A stretch of 64,000 bases of DNA from Octopus sinensis (GCF_006345805.1 NC_042999.1:21452001-21516000), one strand, 5' to 3'. Counted from the stretch's first letter, positions 1 through 13,044 are shown. The notes: generated by a model from the sequence alone, not told the origin. Made by a program: numbers and translations.

Positions 1-1612
1 TGTTCTCTGGACCGGAAAGTTCTTAATATCCATGAACTCATCCTACGAGCTATATCGACCTTCTTGTTGATGTGTGCACTCCAACTGAGATCGTCATCAA
101 CAATTACACCCAGGTCTCTGATATTGTTAGAGGCTGTGAGCGGTTCCCCTGAAGGAAGAGAGTATGGCTGTTTTAGTGAGGAATTTCTTCCAAAATGCAT
201 CAGCTCAAATTTTCCCTCGTTCAGTTGCATTTTGTTTCTGTCTGCCCATTGACTGACAGCATATAGATCAGACTGGAGTTGAGTTCGGTCTGCTTCTTCA
301 TTGACGATTTGCTGGAGCTTAGTGTCATCAGCAAATATTTTCACTGGAAAGGTCGTTTATGTAGATTATGAAGAGTAGCGGACCCAAGACAGGCCCTTGG
401 GGGACACCGCTGGTGACTTTTGCTGGGCTTGAGTGGACTCCATCAACTACGACATGTGTTCTATTCGCCAGGAAACACTTGATCCAGTGTAGAACATTTC
501 CGCGGATTCCAACATTTGCCAATTTTGAGAGTAGGATATTATGGTCTACCCTGTCGAACGCTTTACTGAAGTCAAGATATATGACATCAGAGTTCGAACC
601 TGTCCCCAAGGCTTTGAGTACATCTTCAATGTGGAGTAAGAGCTGTGTTAGACAGTCCCTGCCACAGCGAAAGCCATGCTGATTTGCATTTAGGAGTTTG
701 TGGGTCTCCAGGAAGTCAGCTATCCTTGATCTTAACACTCTTTCAAACACTTTGATGATGTGGGAGGTGAGTGAGAATGGGCGATAGTTGAGTGCGAGGG
801 ATCTGTTTCCCTGTTTGAAAACCGGGATGACTGACTGGGATAGAAACTGTTTCGGTATATAACCTGCGTCTAACGAATTTCTCCAGCAGTTGGTCAGAGG
901 GACTGCAAGTTGGTGTCTACATTCCTTCAGGAGACTAGCGGGGAATCTATCAGGGCCTACAGCAGAGTAGCATTTGCGTCATTTATTGCTGCTGTGATGT
1001 CAGTGGCAGTGAAGGTTATGTCTGAGATTTTATGTTGAGGGTTAACTTCGTTCGCTTCTCTTGCGTCAATATCAGTGGGAACACTAAAGACAGAGCAGTA
1101 TTATTTCTGCAGTATTTCTGCCATTTCTTTAGCATCGTGTTGGGGAATGTCGTTATCATCAATCAATGGCCCAATGGGTGAGACAGTGGTTGTATGCTTA
1201 TTTGCATAAGAATAGAACACTTTTGGGTTCTGTTTGATGTTTTTGATGTTTTCAATGGAGGTTTTCATGTCGTTCTGTAGATGAAGTTTTTCCAGCTCTA
1301 GCCTTTTCATTGTTGTTGAATTTGGATGTTGTATGTGAGAATATTTTAATTGGTTGATATTTTTGTTGAGTCTTTTGATGCGCCTGATGAGTGTTTTTTT
1401 TTTCTTTTTAGGGAGCCGGTGAAATTGAGAGTAAAAGACCAGTCGATGCAAGACAGATCCTTTCTGATTGCTCCCCAGTCCGCTTTGTGGAAGTTTATGT
1501 TGTCAAATGAGTGCGATGGAGTGGGATTGGCTGGTTTGGTTTTTATATGTCGGGAATTGAAATTGCAGCGTATCATGTCGTGGTCTGAGAGGAGAGTGTT
1601 TTCAACTGAGGG
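1..1612 (-). pseudogene. CR1/L2-clade non-LTR retrotransposon ORF2 fragment (endonuclease C-terminus, linker, reverse transcriptase), frameshifted
   Basis: Translations show [19 protein letters not shown] and [20 protein letters not shown] (328-750), the endonuclease SDH motif (LLSDHDMI, near 1580-1612), NPKVFYSY (1101-1451) and RDLGVIVDDDLSW...WILRTF toward base 1. Frames are broken. Confidence 0.93.
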
Positions 1613-1837
1613 AGTAAATCCAAACTTACAGGGAAAAATTAGATTTAGGATTAAAGGAGGAGGAGGTTCTTCCACAACTAACTGCTCCAGGACCCTGCTC
1701 TGCTCTTTGGGACAGTTCTCCTTAATGTATGTGTATATATATATATATATATACACATGCACACATACACGCACACAAACGCACACACGCGCACACACAC
1801 ACACGTATATACATACGTGTGTATGTATATTTATATT

Positions 1838-2001
1838 TATATATTAAATTAGAGATAAAACCACTATTAGGCAAATCAAACAGTGAAAATCATAAATCAA
1901 TACATAGAAATAAAATTAATTAATTTTATTTCTATGTATTGGTTTATGATTTTCACTGTTTGATTTGCCTAATAGTGGTTTTATCTCTAATTTAATATAT
2001 A
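1838..2001. repeat. 164-bp near-perfect palindrome related to the hammerhead-bearing repeat at 49.4-50.9 kb
   Basis: Arms pair around 1919/1920 with one mismatch. The arm sequence attagagataaaaccactatt... resembles 49446-49510. Confidence 0.9.
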
Positions 2002-2054
2002 TATATATTTATATTTAGTTTCAGCTCAGAGCTGGGCCATGTTGATGCACTGTC

Positions 2055-2560
2055 TTTTTACTCTTTTACTTGTTTCAGTCATTTGACTGCAGGCATGCTG
2101 GAGCACCACCTTTAATCGAGCAAATCGACCCCAGCATTTATTCTTTGTAAGACTAGTACTTATTCTATCGGTCTCTTATATATATATAGTATACGTGTGC
2201 GTTGCTGTGTTTTAGGAAGGTTACTTCCCCACCACATGGTTCTGGGTTCAATCCCACTGCGTGGCACATTGGGCAAGTGTATTCTACTATAGCCACGGGC
2301 CGACCAAAGCGTTGTGAGTGGATTTGGTAGATGGAAACAGAAAGAAAAACGTCGTATATATATCGGTGTGTGTGTGTGTATGTATTCATGTATGTATATT
2401 TCTATGTTTGCGTGTCTTTGTGTTTGCCCCCCAACGATACCACCACCGCTTGACAACCAGTGATGTGTATTTGTCTCCGTAACTTTGTTCGACAAAAACG
2501 TTAAAGTGGTTGCCCCAGCATGGCCGTAGTCAAATAACTGAAAGAAGTAAAAGATAAAAG
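2055..2560. mobile_element. SINE family A: 3' half on minus (2055-2177) plus a degenerate full copy on plus (about 2195-2560)
   Basis: Family motifs gggttcaatcccactgcgtggc and gtggatttggtaga, and a ccagcatggccgyagtcaaat tail. Confidence 0.85.
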
Positions 2561-3917
2561 AAATATATGTTTGTATGTGTGTGTGTGTGCATGTCTGCGT
2601 GTGTGAGCCTGTGTACATGTGTGTGCGTGTGAGTGTGTGTTTACATGTGTGTGCGTGTGAGTGTGTGTGCGTGTACGTGCGTGTGTTGAGGCCTGTGTGT
2701 ACGCGTGTGTGTGGGTGCGAATGTGCACACGTGCGTGTATGCGCGCGTATATACGTGTATGTATGTGCGCGTATGTGCGTGTGTGTGCACGCGCGTGTGT
2801 GCGTGTATGTGCGTGTGTGTACTTGTATGTACTACATGCTGCCAGATCTTCCCTCTTATCAAATTCACTTACAACGTATTTGTCGGGCCGAGCCTTTAAA
2901 AAAAAACAAAAAACAAACACCCACCCCAGGAGTCATACAGTGAGATCGAACCCAAAACCTTGTGGGTGCAAACTGAACTTCTTAAGAACAATCCAGCCAC
3001 ACCTGTTCCCACATATATATAAAGTGAATATTTCACGTCGTTGAGAACAGTTCACTATGTTAATATGACAAGCCATCATAAAATCGTAAATGTTTCAATA
3101 TTTATTAGTTTATTTACTACCTACAAGCAAATTCAACGTATGTGGACACGTTGTACATCTGACTGCATCAAATTTACGTTATAGTGCTAGATCATATTTC
3201 ATAAACGATTAAAGAACGGAACATTATTTAGACTTCTCTCGTATTTGAAGATAGAGTCACGTGGAATTAATCTAAATATAATTATATAACTTTCGCTATA
3301 CAATATTAAAATATATATATATATATATCCCTATATACATTACTTATATTGATATTTGAATCGGAACTGTGGATAAATGAATATGAATAGGATCTCCCTT
3401 TCATTCTTTCCTTCAAACTACATTCTATAACTCTAATCCATACTAAGCATTTGTTCTCAGTTGTTTGTCATTTTGTTTAATACATAACCGTCAACACTCA
3501 TGATGTACTTGTGGGAACTTTAATAATATACAAAACCAGAAATGTCTAACTGTGAAAGAATTTCTCTTTTGTTTTACGTCAACCACGATGCTGCTGTTTT
3601 CTTAACCAAGCACTCTACGGGACTCTAGTGGAATTGATGAGATTGATGTTGACTTTGAGCCTATGCAGGTTGGTCTCTCTCCGCAAGAATATATAAGTGT
3701 GGATAGGGGGATTTTATAGAATTATAGAATTGTCAGCAAATGATTGAGCGTGGTCTTTAGCGCCAGATCTGGCAGAGTAATGCATCTTCATACGGCGTAG
3801 GACGAAGAGAGAACTGGGGAAAATGTTAAAAGTGTTACGAGAAAGTTTGACTAGAATTGGCAGTTACATTAGCAGTTCAGAAGTGTAGGGAATGTTGCAG
3901 CAGCAGCAGCCGTAGTG

Positions 3918-4283
3918 GGGCACAATGGCCCAGTGGTTAGGGCAGCGGACTCGCGGTCGGAGAATCGCGGTTTCGATTCCCAGACTGGGCGTTGTGTGTG
4001 TTTATTGAGCGAAAACACCTAAAGCTCCACGAGGCTGCGGCAGCGGTTGGTGGCGACCCCTGTTGTACTATTTCGCTTCAATTTCCTCACACTCTTTCTT
4101 CCTGTTTCTTGTCCCCGACTTTCTACGCAACCGCTGAGCCTGGATGCGCATTCATCCATCCGTCGATGCTCTCGGTGTTGGGGATTGACCTGCTTTCTCT
4201 TCTGCAGGTCTTACGAATAGCAAAGGACCACGTTTCGGACTTCTCCCACCTTGCGAGCTCTGGGAAGAAGGCCGTTCGCTCAA
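3918..4283 (+). mobile_element. tRNA-derived SINE family C, tail variant 1, with a 15-bp target-site duplication
   Basis: A-box tggcccagtggttagg and B-box ggtttcgattccc. TSD cagcagcagccgtag at 3901-3915 and 4296-4310. Confidence 0.88.
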
Positions 4284-5722
4284 CAGCAGCAGCAACAGCA
4301 GCAGCCGTAGCAAAGAGGAAGATATGGCGACTACATTTCACTGATTGGAAGACGCTGGTTAATAATGGTTCAACCAAATTATATAATGGATTCCATTGCA
4401 GAAGATCTGAAAGGAAAACAAATAGTTTCAATATTTGTGTAAGCGCTAATAAAATGTTGTTGATTGTTAACAACTAATTGTTGCTCAGAAATTAAACTCT
4501 GGAACTGTAAAAATATGAAATAGTTTTAGTATGCACAGTTCATAAAATTATAAACGTCATTTCAGTACAAGATGTTGCGTCGTGTAGCATTTTACTAACC
4601 TCAAGAATTTCGTTCAGAAATACTTATACATAAGTAGATATACTACAAAGTGTTTTAATGATTCTATATTTGTTGACTCTAAAATGATGTTTTGACGTTT
4701 TAAAGTCCGACAGGTTTTCAATGTCACTCTGCGAAAACAATATTGTTTTCACGTACAGTAAAACCGTCAGAGAGCCACATTTGTGAATAATTATTCACAA
4801 AGCTTCTCTACTAAGGCAACAAAGGTTTTATTATTGTTAACATATACGTAACAGAGTACTACTTGATGTTCAACAAAACTTTTGAAGTTGTCTAGCCTGG
4901 AAGATCATATCCATTATCCCTCGGCTCACGCGGAAGCTAAACTGAATTTCTGGTTAAAAAAATTATAGGATAGATATCACGCATCCAGACCTTTTTACAT
5001 TGTTCTTGGGAGATTTACCCACAGATACTAAGAGAGTAATATCTCAGAAATTGTCATATATACTCTTAGATCTTTTATGTTTATGAATGAACGATAGAAA
5101 AATCATCCATCAATCCAATACTATGGAATCGAAGTTCATTCACAGTAAAGAAGTATCATTCACAGTAAGGAAGTATCATCCACTATACTGCAAATGCTAG
5201 TGTTGCCTCCTGCTTTAAAGTCTTTGTATGGGTATTCCATCTATCCTTGGGCATTACCAGAGGATATATTACTTATTGTAAATATAATTTTACCATATCT
5301 ATGCGTGACAACATCTCTTTTCGGCTTTCCATAAAAAATATTTCCATATTAATATCAGAACTGTTGAAGAACAAGTAAATTTTCTTTCCACTGTTTTATT
5401 ACGTCATCTATTGTTTAACATCTACTTTTGGGGAGTTAAAACCTGCTTACGGAATAGATTTTCGGTATGCAGAATCGAAGAGACAGGCATGATTGGTGGT
5501 TATAGCTCGAAACTGACAGTTTTAAAGGATAGGGCCACTAAAGCAGCACATCTGGGAATGCAATTGTGCAAGCCTCGAATATCTTACTGTTGCCCTTACT
5601 GAGCAATGCAGAATGATTTGTGATGAAATGCAGCAACATCTTAATGAGAATACCGCCAAAACCCTTCACATTCAGCAAATATTAAGTCCAACTTAGAACA
5701 CTTGGAGGAATCTACTAAACTA

Positions 5723-6670
5723 AAGGATGAATATATATATATTTATTTACTACCCACAAGGGGCTAAACACGGAGGGGACAAACATAGAAAGACAAACGG
5801 ATTAAGTCGATTATATCGACCCCCAGTGCGTAACTGTTACTTAATTTATCGACCCCGAAGGGATGAAAAGCAAAGTCGACCTCGGCGGAATTTGAACTCA
5901 GAACGTAACGGCAGACGAAATACGGCTACGCATTTTGCCCGCGTGCTAACGTTTCTGCCAGCTTGCAGATGAAGGATGAATATAATATGTTTTTCTTTAC
6001 TACCCACAAGGGGCTAAACACAGAGGGGACAAACATAGACAGACAAACGGATTAATCGATTATATCGACCCCCAGTGCGTAACTGGTACTTAATTTATCG
6101 ACCCCGATGGGATGAAAAGCAAAGTCGACCTCGGCGGAATTTGAACTCAGAACGTAACGGCAGACCAAATACCTATTTCTTAACTACCCACAAGGGGCTC
6201 AACACAGAGGGGACAAACATGGATAGACAAACGGATTAAGTCGATTATATCGACCCCCCAGTGCGTAACTGGTACTTAATTTATCGACCCCGAAGGGATA
6301 AAAAGCAAAGTCGACCTCGGCGGAATTTGAACTCAGAACGTAACGGCAAACGAAATAAGGCTACACATTTTGCCCGGCGTGCTAACGTTTCTACCAGCGC
6401 GCAGATGAAGGATGAATATAATATGTATTTCTTTACTACCCACAAGGGGCTCAACCCAGAGGGGGCAAACAAGGACAGACAAAGCGATTAAGTCGATTAC
6501 ATCGACCCCAGTACGTAACTGGTACTTATTTAATTGACCCCGAAAGGATGAAAGGCAAAGTCGACCTCGGCGGAATTTGAACTCAGAACGTAACGGTAGA
6601 CGAAATACGGCTACGCATTTTGCCCGGCGTGCTAACGTTTCTGCCAGCTCGCAGATGAAGGATGAAAATA
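5723..6670 (-). mobile_element. Tandem array of SINE family B units
   Basis: Four body+tail units (gtcgacctcggcggaatttgaactcagaacg), three of them with the head, separated by a recurring gaaggatgaatataatat spacer. Confidence 0.9.
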
Positions 6671-6671
6671 A

Positions 6672-7033
6672 TGGAAGCACTCCGTCGGTTACGACGATGA
6701 GGGTTCCGGTTGATCCGAATCAACGGAACAGCCTGCTCGTGAATTAACGTGTAAGTGGCTGAGCACTCCACAGACACGTGCACCCTTAACGTAGTTCTCG
6801 GGGATATTCAGCGTGACACAGAGAATGACAAGGCCGGCCCCTTGAAATACAGGTATAACAGAAACAGGAAGTAAGAGTGAGAGAAAGTTGTGGTGAAAGA
6901 GTACAGCAGGGATCACCACCATCCCCTGCCGGAGCCTCGTGGAGCTTTTTAGGTGTTTTCGCTCAATAAACACTCACAACACCCGGTCTGGGAATCGAAA
7001 CCTATGCCCTAACCACTGGGCCATTGCGCCTCC
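6672..7033 (-). mobile_element. SINE family C, tail variant 2
   Basis: Reverse complement of the 3918 head. Flanked by gatgaa(a)ataa at 6661-6671 and 7036-7045 (probable TSD). Confidence 0.88.
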
Positions 7034-7530
7034 ACGATGAAAATAATATATGTCAACACACACTACTCACACACAAACACATCTTACTAGCGAAAACGAC
7101 GTACATCTAGTTTCAAATATAAGACTATAACATTACATATACATCCTTCTGGTTGCATTAATGTACAAAGACATTAGATTTAAACAAGAATATTTTGCAC
7201 ATCCTTTATTTATCCGCGAAACAGTGTTCTAGATGTCTTGTTTGCATAAGCTGCCTTTGAGAATATGCTTGCTGAAATTTAGTATTCATAACGAAATCAA
7301 CAATATGGGAAATATTGATTTTGCTTTCACTGCCAGGCTCATGCCTCCTAATGTCATATGTATCGTTATACTCTTAATGTTTTGGCCATTGTTCACTTAC
7401 CCAGATCATCGTATCTTATTGGAGAGAGATGCAAGTCGAAAGCATTTCCGTTGAACTCTGCACGATACGATAACAATTGCAATACAAATACACTTTTGAA
7501 TTGCGATATCCTTCACTTCCCCCAGTGCTC

Positions 7531-7532
<2 letters not shown>

Positions 7533-7576
<44 letters not shown>

Positions 7577-7892
7577 TATTATTATTGTGGCAAACAAATG
7601 AAATCATCATCATTATTATTATCGTCATTATCATTATTATTTTGGCGGCGAGCTGGTAGAGTCGTTAACACACCGGGCGAAATTCTTTGCGGCATTTCGT
7701 CCGTTTTTACGTTCTGAGTTCAACTTCCGCCGTGGTCAACTTTGCCTTTCATCCTTTCCGGTTCGATGCAATAATTACTAGTTGAGCAATGGGGGTCGAT
7801 GTAATTGATTTACTCCCTCCTCTGACATCGTGCAAACATTTGAAACCATTATTATTATTATTATTATTATTATTATCATTATTATTAATATT

Positions 7893-7923
<31 letters not shown>

Positions 7924-8219
7924 TTATTATTATTATTATTCACTAGTTTTATTTTTATAGCGTGCTTTCACTTCATTACCGATCGCAGCTCTGTGTGCCT
8001 TGGGTATGTGCTGTGGTTTGTTCAGATGTTCTGATGGATTACTCTATTGAAAGTGTTTTGTGTAGAATGTGTGCAGTGCCCAGTAGTGCAATTTTCTGTA
8101 TGTTATATATATTTGAAAGTCCTGGTGTTTATGGTAACAGGTTTTTGTATTTTGAAAGTTTCTCCATTTCTTCTACAGAAACGTTGTCATCTGCTGGTAT
8201 TGATACATCAATTAGAAAG

Positions 8220-8262
<43 letters not shown>
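7533..8262. repeat. (ATT)n microsatellites at 7533-7585, 7849-7940 and 8221-8262
   Basis: Direct reading of the sequence. Confidence 0.95.
7644..7848 (+). mobile_element. SINE family B monomer with tail T2
   Basis: Head ggcggcgagctggyaga, ttctgagttcaa, ctttgcctttcatccttt core. Confidence 0.85.
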
Positions 8263-8263
<1 letters not shown>

Positions 8264-8276
8264 TCATCATCTAATG

Positions 8277-8660
8277 TAGCTTGCTTACGAACCACATAGT
8301 TCCGGTTTCAGTCCCACTGCGTGGCACCTTGGATAAGTGTCTTCTACTATAGCCTCGGGCCGACCAAAGCCTTGTCAGTGGATTTGGTGGACGGAAACTG
8401 AAAGCCCATCGTATATATGTATATACATGTATATGTGTGTGTGTGTATGTTTGTGTGTCTGTGTTTTTCCCCCAACATCGCTTGACAACCGATGCTGGTG
8501 TGTTCACGTCCCATAACCTAGCGGTTCAGCAAAAGAGAGACCGATAGTATAAGTACTAGGCTTACAAAGAATAAGTCCTGGGGTCGATTTGCTCGACTAA
8601 AGGCGGTGCTCCAGCATGGCCACAGTCAAATGACTGAAACAAGTCAAAGAGTAAAGGAGT
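8277..8660 (+). mobile_element. SINE family A, 5'-clipped
   Basis: Family body, internal (TA)(TG) tract and ggcggtgctccagcatggccacagtcaaatgactgaaac tail. Confidence 0.9.
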
Positions 8661-10377
8661 ATCTTTGCAGAGTTTCCTACGACCACCGTTACTCTTTTCC
8701 TTTCCAGTACCTGTCCAAACATTATTCATATTTTATGGTCAACTTCTTATGAACGACGAAGACTAATAATATATATTTTTATATCCACAGCAAGCGTTAA
8801 TACCAGTACTGAATGTAGTTCAAAAGAAAAGCATACCGATGGTTAACTAATGATACGATATGATATTCTGAAGAGGAAAGAAAAAGTGTTAAATTGTAAA
8901 GGTAAAAAAAAATAACTGCAGGACTAAATCTCATTTATCAAATGAACTGAAATTTATAAATGAAATAAATGAAAAACGTAAGTAACGGGATATACAATTT
9001 CTTAAAACGTTCTAACGTCCACGTAGCAAGTTAATGGTAAATGCATCTCACTAGATGTCATTCCTTAAGTGAAGGGTGTGAAAGCTAAATGGTCAAATGG
9101 AATTAATAAGATGAATGAAGCAGAAGTAATCTATTTCTATGAGGAACGTGAAAGTACTATTAGCGGCCTAATAGAAATAGTTTTGGTAAAGGGATTTGAT
9201 GGTCCATTTGTAAAAGTACCTTTTATTGTATTTGAAGCGTCTTAGAAATTGGGCTGTAAACGTAACTTAAAACAATATATATATATATTAAGATTCCTTC
9301 AAATGGTCTTAACTTCGTGAAGTGTGGAGTAACGTTTGGCTGTGTTTTGCAGGAAATCCTCGTCTAAAATGTATCTTTATGGTTCTATTACCTAGCTACT
9401 AATGATATGATTGATGCGTGTGTCTCGGAAGGGGTTCGCAAGTTCACGAAAACTTCATACAAAAACAACACCAGAATTAATCTTTGCACAGACAGTTGTT
9501 TCTCTTGCTGTTACGAACTTTAAATGCAACAATAAACGAGATAGTTGGACAGAAATTTATTAGTCGAGAATCCGATTAGCGAATAGGAAAATAAACAAAC
9601 ACGAAGATATAAAAGAATCAAGCGATTTTAAACGCTGTTCTGTTAAATTCGTTTTCGCTGATTTAAAATAACTTCAAGCCATCGATTTCACACTAATTTA
9701 GACATAGTTATGACCTGCTAAGGTCAATTGGCACTGAATATACCGGAAATAAACAGTAACAATAGCAACAGTATCATGAATAAACAAGAAAAAATGAAGG
9801 CGAAAACTGAGAATTTTATGGTAGTCGAGAAAACGTAACCGTTTAAAACTCTTATTAAACCAAATAAACACCCCCATATCTGTATATTCTGGTAAATATA
9901 TGAATTGCTGTACCATCAAATGACCATTAAGTACTTATCGATATTCGATTGTTAATAAAATAAAAACACAATCCAAAAGATTTAGTTTCCTCTAATATAT
10001 AATTTTCATTCATTCCAGTTACATTACGCTTATGTTTTTTTTTTTTTTTACTTTCTGATATACGAATTCTATAATTTACTCTCACTAAGAAGGCACTACA
10101 AGTAGCCTCTTCAATGGTTCACAGACGTCTTGAAAGGATAAGTGCGGTGGGTTTAATAGGATTAATGTTTGGTCTATATTTAGGTAGTCAGTTTTTGAGG
10201 GCTAACACCTAAGTGCGAGAGAGTATCTTAAAGTAGTTCTAAGAATCAATGATTTAGTAAAATGTGTGGAGTGCATGAATCAATGATATTGAAGTGGCAG
10301 GAGGATAAAAAGAGAAATATAATGACATTATGTAGATTACGGTTGTCTTTTAGAGGAATAGAATAGTTTCTTTTTTT

Positions 10378-10785
10378 TTACTGCCCACAAGGTGCTACAC
10401 ACAGAGAGGGAAAACAAGAGCAGACAAACGGATTAAGTCGATCATATTGACCCCAGTGCGTAACAGGTACTTATTAAATCGACCCTGAAAGGATGAAAGG
10501 CAAAGTCGACCTCGGCGGAATTTGAACTCAGAACGTAGCGGCAGACGAAATACCTATTTCTTTACTACCCAGAAGGGGCTAAACACAGAGGGGACAAACA
10601 AGAATAGACAAACGGATTAAGTCGATTATATCGACCCCAGTACGTAACTAGTACTTATTAAATTGATCCCGAAAGGATGAAATGCAAATCGACCTCGGCG
10701 GAATTTGAACTCAGAACGTAACTGCAGACGAAATATTGCTAAGCATCTCGCCCGGCGTGCTAACGTTTCTGCCAGTTCGCCGCCG
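10378..10785 (-). mobile_element. SINE family B dimer (head plus two body+T1 units)
   Basis: Two units of about 185 bp; only the first on the minus strand has the tRNA-like head. Confidence 0.88.
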
Positions 10786-10947
10786 TTTAGCTTCTGTCGA
10801 CAACATAACCCACGGAGTCGCTGACGCGTCAAGACAGTTGACATGTTGTCGGGGAAACTTATATATAAGTTGTCGGGAAATTTATGTGAAAGTTTCTCTC
10901 CTGAGATAATTTCGATTATATGTGAATGTGAATATAATTACCTGTGT

Positions 10948-11318
10948 GGAGGGGTAATGGCCCAGTGCTTATGGCAGCGGACTCGCGGTCATCGGATCGC
11001 AATTTCGATTCCCAGGCCGGTCGTTCTGAGTGTTTATTGAGCGAAAGCTCCACGAGACTCCTGCAGGAGGTGGGTGGAAAATCCTGCTGTACTCTTTCAC
11101 CACAACTTTCTCTCACTCTCTCTTCCTGTTTCTGTTTAATCTGTATTTCTAAGGGCCAGCCTTGTCATAATCCGTGTCACGTTGAATCTCCTCGAGAACT
11201 ACGTTAAGGGTACACGTGTCTGTGGAGTACTCAGTCACTTGCACGTTCATTGCACGAGCAGACTGTTCCGTTGATCGGACCAACTGGAAGCCTCGTTGTC
11301 GTAACCGACAGAGTGCCA
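10948..11318 (+). mobile_element. SINE family C, tail variant 2
   Basis: Same head as 3918 and same tail as 6672-7033. Probable TSD aattacytgt at 10937-10946 and 11321-11330. Confidence 0.88.
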
Positions 11319-11530
11319 CAAATTACTTGTACTACAAAGCATTTCAACGCTTGTTGTGTAACCTAATTTCCACGAATTTCCACTTATAGCTGTGGCACTG
11401 ATATTGAGATATTTCGCGCGAGAAATGTACTTTCATAGACTTATAAGCCAATAGTATCTTTTGTGCTACGAACATGAATATTTCATTATTTTATGTGTAT
11501 TATTTTACATATAAGTATAAGGATGCAGGT

Positions 11531-11780
11531 GGAAGCGCGTGGCTTAGTGGTTAGGGTGTCAGCATCATGATCGTAAGATTGTGGTTTCGATTCCTGAACC
11601 GAGCGACTCGTTCTGTTCTTGAGCAAAACACTTCACTTCACGTTGATCCTGTCCACTCAGCTGGCAAAAATGAGTAACATTGCGATGGACTGGCGTCCCG
11701 TCAAACTGGGGAACACATACGTCATAAAAACCGGGGAACCGGCCCCATGAGCCTGGCTAGGCTTTAAAAGGGCGTATTTA
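11531..11780 (+). mobile_element. tRNA-derived SINE family D (CORE/V-SINE-like body)
   Basis: A-box tggcttagtggttagg, B-box ggtttcgattcct, cttgagcaaaacactt and gcgatggactggcgtcccgtc motifs. TSD tataaggatgyag at 11516-11528 and 11789-11801. Confidence 0.8.
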
Positions 11781-11971
11781 TTTTATTTTATAAGGATGTA
11801 GCACTTAATACGTGTTCTATGTTTTCCAGAGTGTTAATCATATCTCCTGAAAGTTATGATATGCCAAAGAGATGCAGTTACTGTTGCTCTTTAAGCATCA
11901 TCCAAAAGACTTATTTGGGATCGGTTTCTAATCGTAGCCATTCCATCCTTATAACATTATGCAGTACTTTA

Positions 11972-12370
11972 AAGGCAGCGAGCTGGCAGAAACGTTACTA
12001 CGCCGGGCGAAATGCTTAGCGGTATTTCGTCCGCTGTTACGTGCTGAGTTCAAATTCCGCCGCTGTCGACTTTGCCGTTCATCCTTTCGGAGTCGATAAA
12101 TTAAGTACCAGTTACGCACTGGGGTCGATGTAATCGACTTAATCCGATTGTCTGTCCTTGTTTGTCCCCTCTGTGTTTAGCCCCTTGTGGGTAGTAAATA
12201 AATAAGTACTTCGTCTGTCTTTACGTTCTGATTTCAAATTCCACCGAAGTCGACTTTGCCTTTCATCCTTTCGAGGTCGATAAATTAAGTAGCAGGGAAA
12301 TACTGGGGTCGATGCGAGCGACTATGCCCTTCCCCTCAAACAGCATGTCTTGTGCCTATAGTAGAGAGGA
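11972..12370 (+). mobile_element. SINE family B dimer (head, body+T1, body+T2)
   Basis: Two body copies with different tails. Confidence 0.87.
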
Positions 12371-12924
12371 CTATTACCTTATGAAACAACAAAATGTTCT
12401 ACAAATAGCGCTCTTTCCTAAAGTATCAATTCATTACACAAATATTCCACATTTGCCGTAGTATGTATTGTCAAATAATTTATTCTCGAACGTGTGGTCA
12501 GCATAAATATCATCCTTAAATTATTCATACATGGCGTAACAAATTTGTGAATAATTGTTAAACAAGTATACAGATGTAATGTATAAATGACACCGCTTCA
12601 ATATTTCATTATGCAGGTGTGGAACAAGATATATGGCAACTGCTTTCATTGGTTCTACGAAATAGAGCTGCAATAATATCATTTTCGAATAAGCCAAAGA
12701 AAATTTTCAAATTCAATTTTGGTATAACCAAGTTTAACAGTAATTTAAATTAACAACTGAAAACTGTTGGACCTTAAATGTTTAGAATTATTTTCATAAA
12801 TGTATGTGCAGGTACATGTGTATATATATATATATATACATGTATGTACGTATGTATGTATATATATATATATGTATATATGTATATATATATATGTATA
12901 TATATTATATATGTTTTACATATA

Positions 12925-13015
12925 CAGAGGTTGGACAAAATTTTGGAAACACATTAAAATTTCAAACAAATTTATTTTAATTAGGGATAGGACCACCTTT
13001 GGCAGTAATTACACC
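12925..13015 (-). mobile_element. Tc1-like transposon terminal fragment
   Basis: TA followed by CAGAGGTTGGACAAAATTTTGGAAACAC (TIR-like). The minus strand 12977-13015 reads GVITAKGGPIPN*, resembling the Tc1 transposase C-terminus (AVIAAKGG..KY*). Confidence 0.6.
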
Positions 13016-13044
13016 ATATATATATACATAAGTATACACGTAAA

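Noticed and set aside
3607-3722. Frame TLRDSSGIDEIDVDFEPMQVGLSPQEYISVDRGIL*
   Set aside because: It is short, with weak splice signals; a resemblance to pogo/Tigger C-termini cannot be supported without a search.
3918-3990. tRNA-like heads here and at 11531, 25210 and other SINE starts as true tRNA genes
   Set aside because: They have A and B boxes but no complete cloverleaf or acceptor stem, and they continue into SINE bodies with TSDs.
3992-4477. 161-aa ORF and a possible exon ending at TGT|GTAAGC (4439)
   Set aside because: Most of it is a SINE bounded by a 15-bp TSD, and the remaining frames have no recognisable homology.
5723-6670. Regularly spaced repeats resembling a CRISPR or integron array (also 35250-35998)
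   Set aside because: The units are whole SINE bodies without unique spacers, in a eukaryotic context with no cas genes.
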